A stretch of 64,000 nucleotides of DNA from Peribolospora baueri (Eukaryota). The position numbers and the translations under genes were made by a program. Position 1 is the first letter of the stretch. Each line of letters starts with the position of its first letter. The stretch is from assembly GCA_029717555.1 (NCBI GenBank), contig JAMDHS010000031.1:1-64000 (forward strand), given 5' to 3'. Below are positions 1-10,081 of this stretch, one piece after another. Below the pieces are notes generated by a model. That model searched no databases, was not told where the DNA came from, and worked only from the letters and a program-made list of their open reading frames with translations.

Positions 1-1681
1 GCCGGTGCTGATGGGTGACGTTCGAAGCAACTTTGAGCTGGGACGCTGGAACGGCCGAGGCCGCCAGACTGGGAGAAGGGGCATTGGCGGAAGGCGCTTC
101 GAGTAGGGTGCCACGTGATGGCGCGGAGGACGACCTGTCGCGACTCTGCTCGCGTTCGGATTCGCGTTCGCAAGGTTCCCGAGTCGAAGAAACGGACGTG
201 GGACAAGAAGCGTCGGCTTTGATGGCGGCGTTGAGGGCAACGGTCAAACCCGAAGCGCTGAATCCGCCGCCGATAGGATTTGACGAGACGTCGTAGCTCG
301 CCGCCCGGGAGAACGGGAGACGGGGCGGAGCAAGGGAAGCACCGGCCTTGGCTACGCGCTGCTTTTCAGGATACTCGAGAACGTCCGCGGTGGGCGAATC
401 GCACCGACTCGTGCAGACGCTGCTGCTCCTCGAGCTGGCCGTGCTGCGCACCTCTTCCTCATCACACTTTCTCCAGAGCAGACCGCGAGCGGAGCGATAC
501 TCGCCCGCTCCTTCCGTGTCCTCCGCCGCTGGGGGGGTGCCCGACAGCCTGGCCTTGAGCTCGGCCATGGCCATGTCAAGCGTGGATCTATCCTCCTCCG
601 CCTCCTCCACTGAAACTTCGGCGTCGGCGTCCATGCGCTCAAGGGACGAAGGCCTTCGCGCTGGACTGAGGTTGGGAGATCTGGCCTCAGGTGAGAGCGA
701 CGCCACTCCAGTTGCCTTGGAGCGGCGCGGCGACGAAGACGACAGGCCCTGTTCGGCTTGATCTTCGTCGTCATCGTCCTCGTGTAAGCTCCTGCATAAA
801 GCGAGGGCGAGGCCAGGACCGATGGCGGCGGCTGCGAGCCTGCCGAAGGATCGCACAGAGTGAATAGGCAGAGCGACGGACGACGTATCCTCCGCCGCCG
901 AGTCGGAGGCGCCAGCGTCCGCGGGGACCACGAGGTCATCGCGCCGGCGCTGCTTGCCCGACGACGATGGGGCGTCGACGCGCACGGTAGACGTGGCCGG
1001 TCGTGGCGCGTCCGGCTCAGCGTCGTCATCGTTGTCGTGGTTGTCGTTGTCGTGGTCGTCGCCATCGAGGGAGCCTCCCCACCGCGGGGGCATGCGTAGG
1101 TCCCACTCGCTGCCGACTCTTGTGCATTCGATCGGTGTACGGTCATAGCTCTTGCTGCAGTGCGTGGGGAACGCGAGCGGAGGGTCTTCAGAGAACTGGA
1201 CGTGCCGGCGGGGATGGACGGCAAAGGGAGACGGGCCGGCGTCGTTCGAAGGCAAGACGGCGGTGCAAGCTGAGGAGGAAGAAGAGGATCGGGACATGGG
1301 CGCCTCTTGGTCGGGAACGGAGGCGGGCCAAGCGGGGAGGAGGACGTGAGACGCGGTGGGCGGGCCCCCGCCGCGGTCGCAGTCTGCCGAGTTGTCCCAG
1401 CGAAGCGGACTGCTGGGGGTGCTCTGCGAAGCACCTCTGGGCTTTTTGAGGCACGGTGGCGGGCAGGGCATTTGGACGCGGCTGCCGACAGCCTCGCTGA
1501 CGGGCAGGACAACGGTGGAAGCGGAGGCAAAGCTGTGCGCGCTGGAGGCGGAGGCGGTGGAGTGGACGGTGCTGACGGAGGCCAGGGTATTGATGCTGGC
1601 GAGGCTCGAGATGGAGCTGGTGCGCGAGCGGGTGTAGAGGGGGGTGGGAGGCTGGGCGTGGGTGGAGGAGACGGAGTTCAT
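1..1681 (-). CDS. Ser/Pro-rich disordered protein with RVxF-type PP1-docking motif (3' end outside window)
   Basis: ATG at 1681 (MNSVSSTHAQPPTPLY...). The frame stays open to position 1, so it is absent from the ORF track. Contains RRHVQFSEDPPLAFPTHCSKSYDRTPIEC and acidic tracts. Confidence 0.75.
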   Translation of the reverse strand, partial: MNSVSSTHAQPPTPLYTRSRTSSISSLASINTLASVSTVHSTASASSAHSFASASTVVLPVSEAVGSRVQMPCPPPCLKKPRGASQSTPSSPLRWDNSADCDRGGGPPTASHVLLPAWPASVPDQEAPMSRSSSSSSACTAVLPSNDAGPSPFAVHPRRHVQFSEDPPLAFPTHCSKSYDRTPIECTRVGSEWDLRMPPRWGGSLDGDDHDNDNHDNDDDAEPDAPRPATSTVRVDAPSSSGKQRRRDDLVVPADAGASDSAAEDTSSVALPIHSVRSFGRLAAAAIGPGLALALCRSLHEDDDDEDQAEQGLSSSSPRRSKATGVASLSPEARSPNLSPARRPSSLERMDADAEVSVEEAEEDRSTLDMAMAELKARLSGTPPAAEDTEGAGEYRSARGLLWRKCDEEEVRSTASSRSSSVCTSRCDSPTADVLEYPEKQRVAKAGASLAPPRLPFSRAASYDVSSNPIGGGFSASGLTVALNAAIKADASCPTSVSSTREPCERESEREQSRDRSSSAPSRGTLLEAPSANAPSPSLAASAVPASQLKVASNVTHQHR

Positions 1682-2069
1682 GGAGAGCAAGGACGGGGCA
1701 GGGGAGGAAGAGCGCGAGGTAGGGGGGGAGGGCCACATGTTGGTAGGGGTGTAGGATGAGCGAGGAGGAGGAGGAAGAGACGACGGTCAACGTGTCCCTG
1801 TAGGAGAGCGGGGACGAGAGGAGAAGAGAAGAGGTGAGGTGGTGACGGGCGGTGGCCGTCGAGATGGGCGGGGGCGTGTGGTCAGAAAAGCGCGACGTCC
1901 ATGGCGAGCGACGGGAAGATGGAGCGGGGGAGAGGTGGAGGTGGGCACGGTGAACGGCAGTGAGGAGATGGTGTTTGGTGGGAGGGAAGGAAAAGGGAAG
2001 CGAGTCGAGGGCAGGAGTAAATACGAAATGGGAGGAGGATGGAAGAGGCGAGTAGGGACAGAGCATGCG

Positions 2070-2135
2070 GAGTACACGGAGTGCGCGAGTACGAGTACGC
2101 GAGTACGCGAGTACACAGCATATACATATATATAG
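2070..2135 (-). promoter_or_regulatory. GAGTAC(GC) tandem tract plus TA-rich TATA-like element upstream of the 1681 gene
   Basis: gagtacgagtacgcgagtacgcgagtac followed by tatacatatatatag in GC-rich context, about 440 bp upstream of the ATG. Confidence 0.35.
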
Positions 2136-5060
2136 ACAAGCCTTTTTGTACGCCGCTCGCCGTATGCGCCCGACGGGTCGGCGGGCAGAGCGACGAAAAG
2201 ACAGATGAAAGGGCCTGCTACTGCGGCGAGCGGCTAAAGCAAATGGGAATTACTGCCTTCGTAATTGGTCGTCATCGTTGGCCCCCTCTTGGCGCCCTTG
2301 GCGCCCGCGTTCGCATCCCCTCCCAACCCTTCCCTCATTCGGACCGCCCGCCCGCCGGCGGCCGCCCCCGTTTCTAATCCCCCTTCCCGCTTCGGGACTC
2401 CCCATGGCGCTCTCCCGAAGCTCGGCGCAAATGCACTACATCATCGCCCCGGCCCGCCGCCGTCCAACGCCGGGCCCTCGGTCGAAAGGCGGCGACCTTG
2501 ACTCTCGCAGACGGCGACGCCTCGGCGAGCACGACATAATATAATAGACAGAACACGACGCTTGCTGGGCGGAAACGACCCAAGAGTGGCCGGCCGAGCG
2601 ACCTCTGCCAGGAATGGCAGGCGCAGGCTCGAACGGAATGATGGATGATGCCCAGGACGCATGACCTCGGAAGAAGAATGGGCAGCCCAATTTTTTTCCT
2701 CCCACGCGAGCCGTCCTGGAAATCGCACGCGAGGCCGGCCTTGCCGACCGACCGGACGGACGGACGGACGGGCGACAGACAGCACGCGTATTTGCACATA
2801 CGTACCCAACCAAGAGCCGTACCCCGCCCGGGTCGATGCCAAGCGTTCGCCAAGGAAGCCAAGAAAGAGTACATCCATCTACTACGTTCCTCGGTCCGTA
2901 TAGAGAGGAGATGGCGTGTATGAGAGGCTTGGGCCGGAATGTGCCAAGGCGAGCCAGGATGTGTCTGTGAGAATGCATTGCTATCCACTCACTGTCCGAC
3001 GACCGAGGACGGATGGGACACGGACGGAGGGGAGGGTGTGGTGGTCTGCTGCTCGTGCTGCTCGCGGACGCCGGTCACGCTACTGCGCTGCCGCCGGTGT
3101 CGCCGCGGCTATCGCGCTGCGACGACCATGACATGTGATGATATGACATCACCGTCGCTGAGCCACTCGCCGTTCTTGGGAAGGAAAGAAAGAAGGAAAG
3201 GAGAAATAAGGAAAGCAAGCAAGCGCGGAAACGAGCAAACCCTCGTCTTCCTCTCCGCCGGTCATACATCGGCAAGATCGGGTCATACGACCTGCAAGGA
3301 CGCCGAAGACGCTTCGCTTTGCCTCCCGTTGCACCGTCCGCGTCGTCGGCCACGCACGTCGTCGTCGGATCGGATCGCTTCGCCGTCCCAATGCACCGAC
3401 CTCCCAACGCTTGACGTCGTCCTTCGTCATACTGCGCGCGAGGACGCCGGAAACGGAAACGCACCGACACCGACACGGATACCGACACCGATGCCGATGC
3501 CGATACCGACACCAGCCGAGGGCGCTTGACGGAGCAAGCCGACCCGACCCGGCATTCGCCGTTCTCCCTCCTTCCTCCCTCGCTCAGCGCTACGTCTACT
3601 GGCGCTGTGCAGAGACGTCCAGCGCTCGGTCGGTCGGTCCGTTCGTCGGTCAAGCGGCCGACATGATCTCACCCACGCGACGCCGTCCAACTTTGGTCGT
3701 GCGAGGCAAAAAGCAAGGACTTTCGAGGGGCAGGCGGTCATCGGTCGGGATCGTCTGTACATTTCGGTACGGCCAAACGAGCCCCCACGTTCGAGCTCAC
3801 TGACGACGGCCCGCTCTCCCCTCTTGCATAATAGAACGAACGCGGGCCCGGGCTGGCCATCTCAACTAACCTGGCGGCACGGCGCAAAAGGGCAAGCGCA
3901 ATTCAACAATATGCAATCGACTCGCGCCGAGTTTTGATTCGTTCGTCGACGACGACGATGCCAACGATTCGCTCATCCACCATAAGCGTCTGAATCAGCC
4001 ACAGCTTTTTCCGCCCGGCCAACAGCACAGCGATGATGCACAAGCGACGACGAAGAGAGGACGTCGCGGGATCGTCCCTGCTCGACTCGACTCGATCGAA
4101 GCCGGGGTTTCATTAGCGAAAATGAAAATGAAAATATAATAATGAAAAAAATGAAAAATGAAAAAGGAGCGAGGGAGCGAGGGAGCGGGGAGCAGCGGCG
4201 GGGTCGTTCTAACGTCATGAGCGCCCGACCTTGAGACGACTACAGCACCCACTCCTGCCATCGCACCTGGCGTCTGTCGCTGCTCCGGAGCTGTTTGATA
4301 CGACGTCGTTCCCGACGTTGAGGATATCTTGCCTAACAAGAACGAGGAAAGGGCGGCTAAGGAGGTGATCGTCATAAACGTACGTTTCAATAGTCTTGTG
4401 CGAAGGGCAATGCATGAGTTCTGGCATCAGCACCTACTGACTCATGCTATCTTCGTCTTGCCTAAAACTCTCTCATCTCTCTTGAGGCCGTTGGCGTAGT
4501 TGACGCGCCAGCGGCTGCAGCACTTCAAACTTTGACTGGGCCGCCGAGGTCGAGGTCGAGACGATTTTACGACCCCGACCCCGGCGGATGGACTGGCTTG
4601 GGTGCCGCCGACTATGCGCGACTTCAGCGAGACGAGACGTGGATGGCATGGCGCCGCCACCGCCGCCGGCGGTGCCGCGTCGTCATCCGCACCAAGGCCC
4701 CGTCCACACTCCATTTGAGTGCGCCCCCGCCAGGCGCCCCGTGGCGAGCTCTCAGGGTAGGGAGGCCTCGGACCGCCGCGACGGGCGTACGAGAGAAAGA
4801 GAAAGACAATGCGTTCAACGTGTGAATGGGAATCGAGTGGATCGAGGCGGAGACGACGGGACGGACGACGGGGGCAAAGAGATACAGGACGAGCTGTTGG
4901 GAGAGCTAGCTACAGGGGGAACATGATATCACGCAATGATAGAATATAAGGGATACAAATCGTAGAGAATGCGAAAGTGGTGCGTGTGTCATGTGTGTGT
5001 AGAGGACAGGACAGACGGGGACGATCGAGCGGGGAACGCGCTCACGGCAGTCGCACTCCT

Positions 5061-6004
5061 TCAGCCGATTCGCGCCTGATCGACAGCCTCGCGTTTACCT
5101 TCGACGACGTGGCCGTACGTCGGCGGGGCAGCGTAGGGGCCTACAGGCATCTGCTGCTGGCCGCCATAAGGAACAGTAGGCTGCATGTGCTGACCCTGGC
5201 CGTACCCGTATCCGAACGGCGGATATGGCTGAACGTACTCTTGCTGCTGCTGAACACCGGCGCCGTAGTAGCCTGGCTGGTACCCTTGGTTCTGAGCTGC
5301 TGCCACTCGCCAAAACGCAGCTTGGCGCCTGCGACGTACTAGCAAGCAGAGGGAAATGACGAGCAGGCAGACAGCGGCTGTGGGAGATAGGGGCCGGAGG
5401 GAGGGAAGGTTGGAGCGGGCGTGAGGCCAGATGGTAGAAGATAAGGGAGCAGCGAGAGTCGCAAGATCAGCACTACATGGGCAAGCTGTCAAGATGACAT
5501 CTCCGAGGTGAGTATCGACAATACTCGCCGACGGCGATGGCTACGCCAGACGAGGGCCGACGATGGGGTCCAAGCCGGAGGGAAACGAGACGTCAGAGCG
5601 ACACGGATACCAAGCGCGGGAGGCCATACACCCAGTGCATCGCCTCCAGTCCACTCACCGACTCCAACCCTGACACCGTAAGACCATACGGAGTTGATGC
5701 AGTTACCGAACACGTCGTACTCTGGCGGACAGGAGCGAGAGAGATGGCTAAGTGCGTTGGATGACACGAAATGATTGAGATAGGACCCTGTTCAACCACT
5801 CACTCTGGCACGTATCTGAGTGAAATAAGAACGGAACGGCCACAGAAATAGAAGGGCGGAGCGTGAGCAACACGGAAAAGGGCTGTGGCCTTCGAGTCGA
5901 GATCAGAGGCAGCAGACATGTGCCTGAGCATTGCGCTCACAAGCTCGGACGCCGGACGAGGCAAATGAGAACAGAAGCGGCCAGATGGCGAGGAGGGTGC
6001 TCAT
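5061..6004 (-). CDS. Small type I membrane protein, Rcr1/RCR-like (signal peptide, Cys pair, TM helix, Q/Y/P-rich tail with PPxY)
   Basis: Exons 6004-5941, 5815-5804, 5721-5659, 5540-5529 and 5377-5061 join in frame: MSTLLAIWPLLFSFASSGVRA YTCQKYDVFGNCINSVWSYGVRVGVAIAVAAVCLLVISLCLLVRRRR...APPTY...* (155 aa). Alternative ATG at 6025. Confidence 0.7.
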
Positions 6005-6864
6005 CGCTGTTGCGAGAGGGGCCATGGTGGACTGGGTATAGATAGCAGTGAGAGCTGACAAGGACGGCGAGCGATGGCGACCAGTAGCCACGGTCAGTGC
6101 GGGGAGTGGCCTGAGCGACACGGCGGCTGCGGCCACTGCACGTGCGACCGACATCTGCTCAACGCTATTCATAGACGACGATGCAAAAGACGTCTTCTCT
6201 GCCTCTTCTCCCGCTTTCCGTCGGCGACGGTACGACACGAAGGGAGCGAGGCGCAAAGGCGGAGAACGCAAGCCGCTAGAGAGACCGTCGCCTAACTCGC
6301 ATCGCTTCAACGCCATTGCGATGTCCCAGCCCGCCCTAGACTGCGAGATGGCCAGCCGTCCGTCGGGCGTGCTATTCGGCCTTCCTGCCCCGGCGGTGCC
6401 CACCTCCAGGCGGCGGACAATATGAGATCAGACGCTCCGTTCCCCCTTCATCGTGACGCATGCCCTCTGAGAGCGCACGCGCTAGCAATGGGAGTGCCAA
6501 GGTGGGAGTCATACACAGCAAGTGGGTGTAGACAATCACTCGGGTCCCTCCTGCCCTGCCGGTGCCCCACCGGCAGGCCCAGTTTACGTGGCTTTAATTC
6601 GCCTGTGTACGTCTTTCGCCACTTGGCCGCCTGATGCCCGTTTCCAACTCGTCGCTTCGATTTCTCACTTGCCAGCGAGTGAGCGTGCCATGAGGAAGAG
6701 GAGGGAGGTGGACACGCTGTAAAGCAAAGAGTGCCCGACGGGCGACGATGAGCGTGCGTCACACACCACGTCGCCCCATCACGCACTCTTGAGAAAGCGG
6801 ACTTAAAAACCCGCGCCGAGCCGGCCAGCGCACTCTTCTCCCCATACCGAGACGCAACCCCAAC

Positions 6865-7393
6865 ATGGCTCCCCTGATGATTCCCTTCGTGAGCGTCAAG
6901 GACGTGGAGGCGTCGATCGAGTACTACACCACCTTGCTTGGCTTCTCCCTCGACAGAGACTCGCACTACCCCGGTCAGCACGCGGGGATCTTCTTCGGCG
7001 GCGACTCGGTCCAGACATCGACGGCCACAATGTTTCTTCGCAAAGCGACATCGGCCGAGGAGGGCGCCACTGCCGTCCGGCCGACCGTTGACCTGTGCAT
7101 CTGGTTGAGGGAGCAGGGTAAGGGCAAGGAGGTGGTCGACGAGGTCTACGAGTCCTGCGTGGCCCGGGGTGCTGTTCCCAAGGAGAAACCCGAGGACAAG
7201 CCGTGGAAATGCAGGCAGGCCTCGTTCGAGGATCCAGACGGTGAGCGGACGGGTCTGCACGAGGATCGACGGTTGCCGGCCGAGTCGTCTCACCTCGTCG
7301 TGTTTCTGATACTCCCTCCATGTCGGAAACCGTTCGCGGCTCTTTTCAGGCTACACCATCAATTTCTATTCCAACTTCAGGTACCTCCCCTGA
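6865..7393 (+). CDS. Glyoxalase/bleomycin-resistance (VOC) family protein
   Basis: N-terminal V-x-D-V-x-x-S-x-x-Y-Y-x-x-x-LGF and C-terminal PEDKPW...FEDPDG motifs. Intron 7241-7349 (GTGAGC...TTCAG); last exon gives GYTINFYSNFRYLP*. Confidence 0.85.
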
Positions 7394-8009
7394 ACGTTTC
7401 GTCGCTCGCCGTCCATGTCTTTCCCCAGCACAGCGTCGTCGCTCAATGGTAACCTCGTCCCGTCCGTGACGGCGACAACGAAAACGAATCGAAGGACAAG
7501 AAAGAAAGAGAGCGTTCCTTCCGTCCACTTTATTGCCGCGTCCTGTGCTCCCTTATCTTCATCCTCCTCCTCCCAATGTCGCCTTCGTCGTCACCGCTTC
7601 ACGACCTTGTACTCAGAGAAATCTTCATGTGCCGTCTCTCGTAATCGGCACCCTCCTCTATCTGAGTCGAGCGAGGCGAGAGTTGGAAAAATCCGACATC
7701 TTCTGTTGGAGTCGCTTTGAAATTGATAAATGGGGACTCGGACTTTTCGCGTCGCGTACCGACCGCATTCTCCCTCTATTTGCCCTGCCCGGCTTGTTTG
7801 GGGGCCCATGGAAGGCGAGAAGAGAGAAAAAACCGCCCATTTCATGTATCTCGTTCGAGCTCGGGCGGGGTGAAGATGTTCATGGCCGGTCGAAGAACGT
7901 GCAAGTGCGAAAATGCTGTCTACTGCAACTCACACGCCAGCGTGTCTGCCTCGTATTCGCTCATTCGCATTGTGACGGTGGAGCGCCAGTGGGTTAGGCT
8001 CGGTGAGGT

Positions 8010-9041
8010 TCAGTAGTCCTTGATCCATTGGGCAACGCGGCTCAACTTGTAGCTCATCTTGTCCCTCGCTTTCGGCCGCTTGCCCTCCTCGCCAAGCGTC
8101 CTCCGCACGCGATAGCTCGCGGGCCCCGCGAGCTGAGGCCGACCGTCCGGCGACCAAGCCAGTTGGTGGATGCACATCCGGCGTCCTCCCTCGCCGCCCG
8201 GTTGGTCCCACGCGTGGTACACGATGAACGTGCGCCCCTCGGGCCCCCGCACGACGGTCTGCCCGCCCGGGCCACGGACGCCATCCTTTTCGACGGTGCA
8301 CATGAGCGGCTCGGGGTGGCTCCGAAACGGCCCAAACAAGCTCCTGCTGGTGGCGTATCCGGTGGCGTACTGATCGCCACCGAAGGCGTTGGCGCTGAAG
8401 AAGAGCACATAGGTCCCACTCGGTTGGTGGTAGAACATGTACGGTGCCTCGAGAAGGTTTCCGTGCCACTCTTCCTTAGGTTCCAAGATGCCGTGCCGCT
8501 CGCCTACAAGACTCAGACCGTCCTCGGATAGCATCTGGATCCACAGCGTCGTCTTTGCCGAGTTCTCGTGGTTGCCATCGTTCTTGAAGAGGAGGTAACG
8601 CAGCATGGATTGCGGGTCGTCGAAAGGTTGCGGATCGATCGTGCCGCCCAGCTCGCCCTGGCTGACGATCGGTCCCCGACTTACAAATTGGAACGGGCCC
8701 ATCGGGCTGAACGGTGAGTAGGCCACGCCGATGCTCTGCCGACCCGTGTTGCGGTCGTGCGTGGTGACATAGAGTAGGAAGCCGGGCCTCCCTGAGGGCG
8801 CGCGCACCACCTCTGGCGCCCACACGAATCCGGGCTTGCCCGTCCACGGGGGCATGGGATCCGGGAGTGCGTCGAAGGGCGAGAGCGTCCAGGTGGCAAA
8901 GTCGGTCGAGCTGGCACATTGCACGTTCTTGCCGTTGGAATTGGTCGAATATGCGTACCACGTCCCCGTCGCCTCGTCATGGAAGATGCCCGGGTCTGGA
9001 AAGTCAGTGTCGATCACCGGGTTGGCGTATCGGGGTCGCAT
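8010..9041 (-). CDS. Glycoside hydrolase family 43 (five-bladed beta-propeller; arabinanase/arabinofuranosidase-like)
   Basis: NPVI-x-x-DFPDP, WAPEV, IDPQPF and LLEAP motifs cover the Asp/Asp/Glu catalytic residues; also GPGG. Single exon, 343 aa, no signal peptide. Confidence 0.9.
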   Translation of the reverse strand: MRPRYANPVIDTDFPDPGIFHDEATGTWYAYSTNSNGKNVQCASSTDFATWTLSPFDALPDPMPPWTGKPGFVWAPEVVRAPSGRPGFLLYVTTHDRNTGRQSIGVAYSPFSPMGPFQFVSRGPIVSQGELGGTIDPQPFDDPQSMLRYLLFKNDGNHENSAKTTLWIQMLSEDGLSLVGERHGILEPKEEWHGNLLEAPYMFYHQPSGTYVLFFSANAFGGDQYATGYATSRSLFGPFRSHPEPLMCTVEKDGVRGPGGQTVVRGPEGRTFIVYHAWDQPGGEGGRRMCIHQLAWSPDGRPQLAGPASYRVRRTLGEEGKRPKARDKMSYKLSRVAQWIKDY

Positions 9042-10081
9042 GGCGGCGGCAGAGTGACAGGGTCGGGTCGAGCCGAGGACGACGGGCGAGGTGATGATGG
9101 AAGTGTTGCGACGAGCCCTCCTCGGTCATCGGTCGATTCGACCTAATAATAAAATATCGCGTCTTCCGATCGACGTCATAAAACGCCGGCGGAATGCAAA
9201 GCGCCCGATCGAAGCGACGCGTCCGGGGCGAGCCCGGCTTCGACGTCCGCCAAACAACGGTCGTCCGCTGTTCCCGTGTCTATCAGACGGTGAAAAGCAC
9301 ACACTGCGCTCGAACAAGACAGCGCTTTCGTGACGATCTGCAGAGCATGATAAGCCATGCGTTCAGGCTCTTCGACGTCGATCGAGCAAGACTTGGTGGA
9401 CCATACTGATGTGGGAACCACGTGGCCTCAATGCCGAAGCCCGATTTGGCCCATTTTTCTCGTTTTCAAGTTGATCAGCAGCAAACCATTGACTTGCCCT
9501 TCCTTCAATGGCGCCGCTTCTGACGTGGGTGATCTTTGTCCGCTCTTTTGCAAGTACACCAATCATGGTTCCCGGAAGGACGGGTTCCAAAGTTCTCATC
9601 AAGCCGGCCAAAATTTCTTTCAACGAAGTACGCGCCGACGAGTCGTTCGCGCCCGTCGTGGTCGTCGACGTTCCGGGAGACTGTATTTATCCTATCCTTC
9701 CGGAGTTGCTCAGTTTGTAGTCGATCGGGAACCGCCGAACGGGCCCGTCCTTCTTTGCGCGCGCGTGCGCATGGCACCTCCAGCGCCACGCCACGTCCGT
9801 CAGACGGACGGACGCACTTGATCAGAGGACAGCTATCATCTAGGAGCACGCGAACGGGGTGAACGAAAGTATCCCATTAAGGCCCGTTGTCCACCTGTAA
9901 ATTACCACAGCGCCAAGAGAGATTCGACTGGGAACAGCTAAAAGCCCTGAGGCGCACGTTCACTGTCAAAGGAACGCGCAGAAGGAGGGGGAGTATGGCG
10001 GTGTGGAAGAAAAGGAGGGGCGGGGTAGGGCTGCAGGCTCGGGAAGAGGTACGACCGCAGAACTGGCCATCGAGTGCAAGC

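Noticed and set aside
352..2066. 392-aa and 292-aa minus-strand ORFs
   Set aside because: Alternative-frame shadows of the gene starting at 1681 in GC-rich DNA.
3973..4714. Small minus-strand ORFs
   Set aside because: No recognisable motif or convincing exon chain.
9330..9860. Short ORFs between GH43 and GH76
   Set aside because: Putative introns inconsistent (one about 30 nt) and no family signature; probably GH43 promoter or GH76 3' region.
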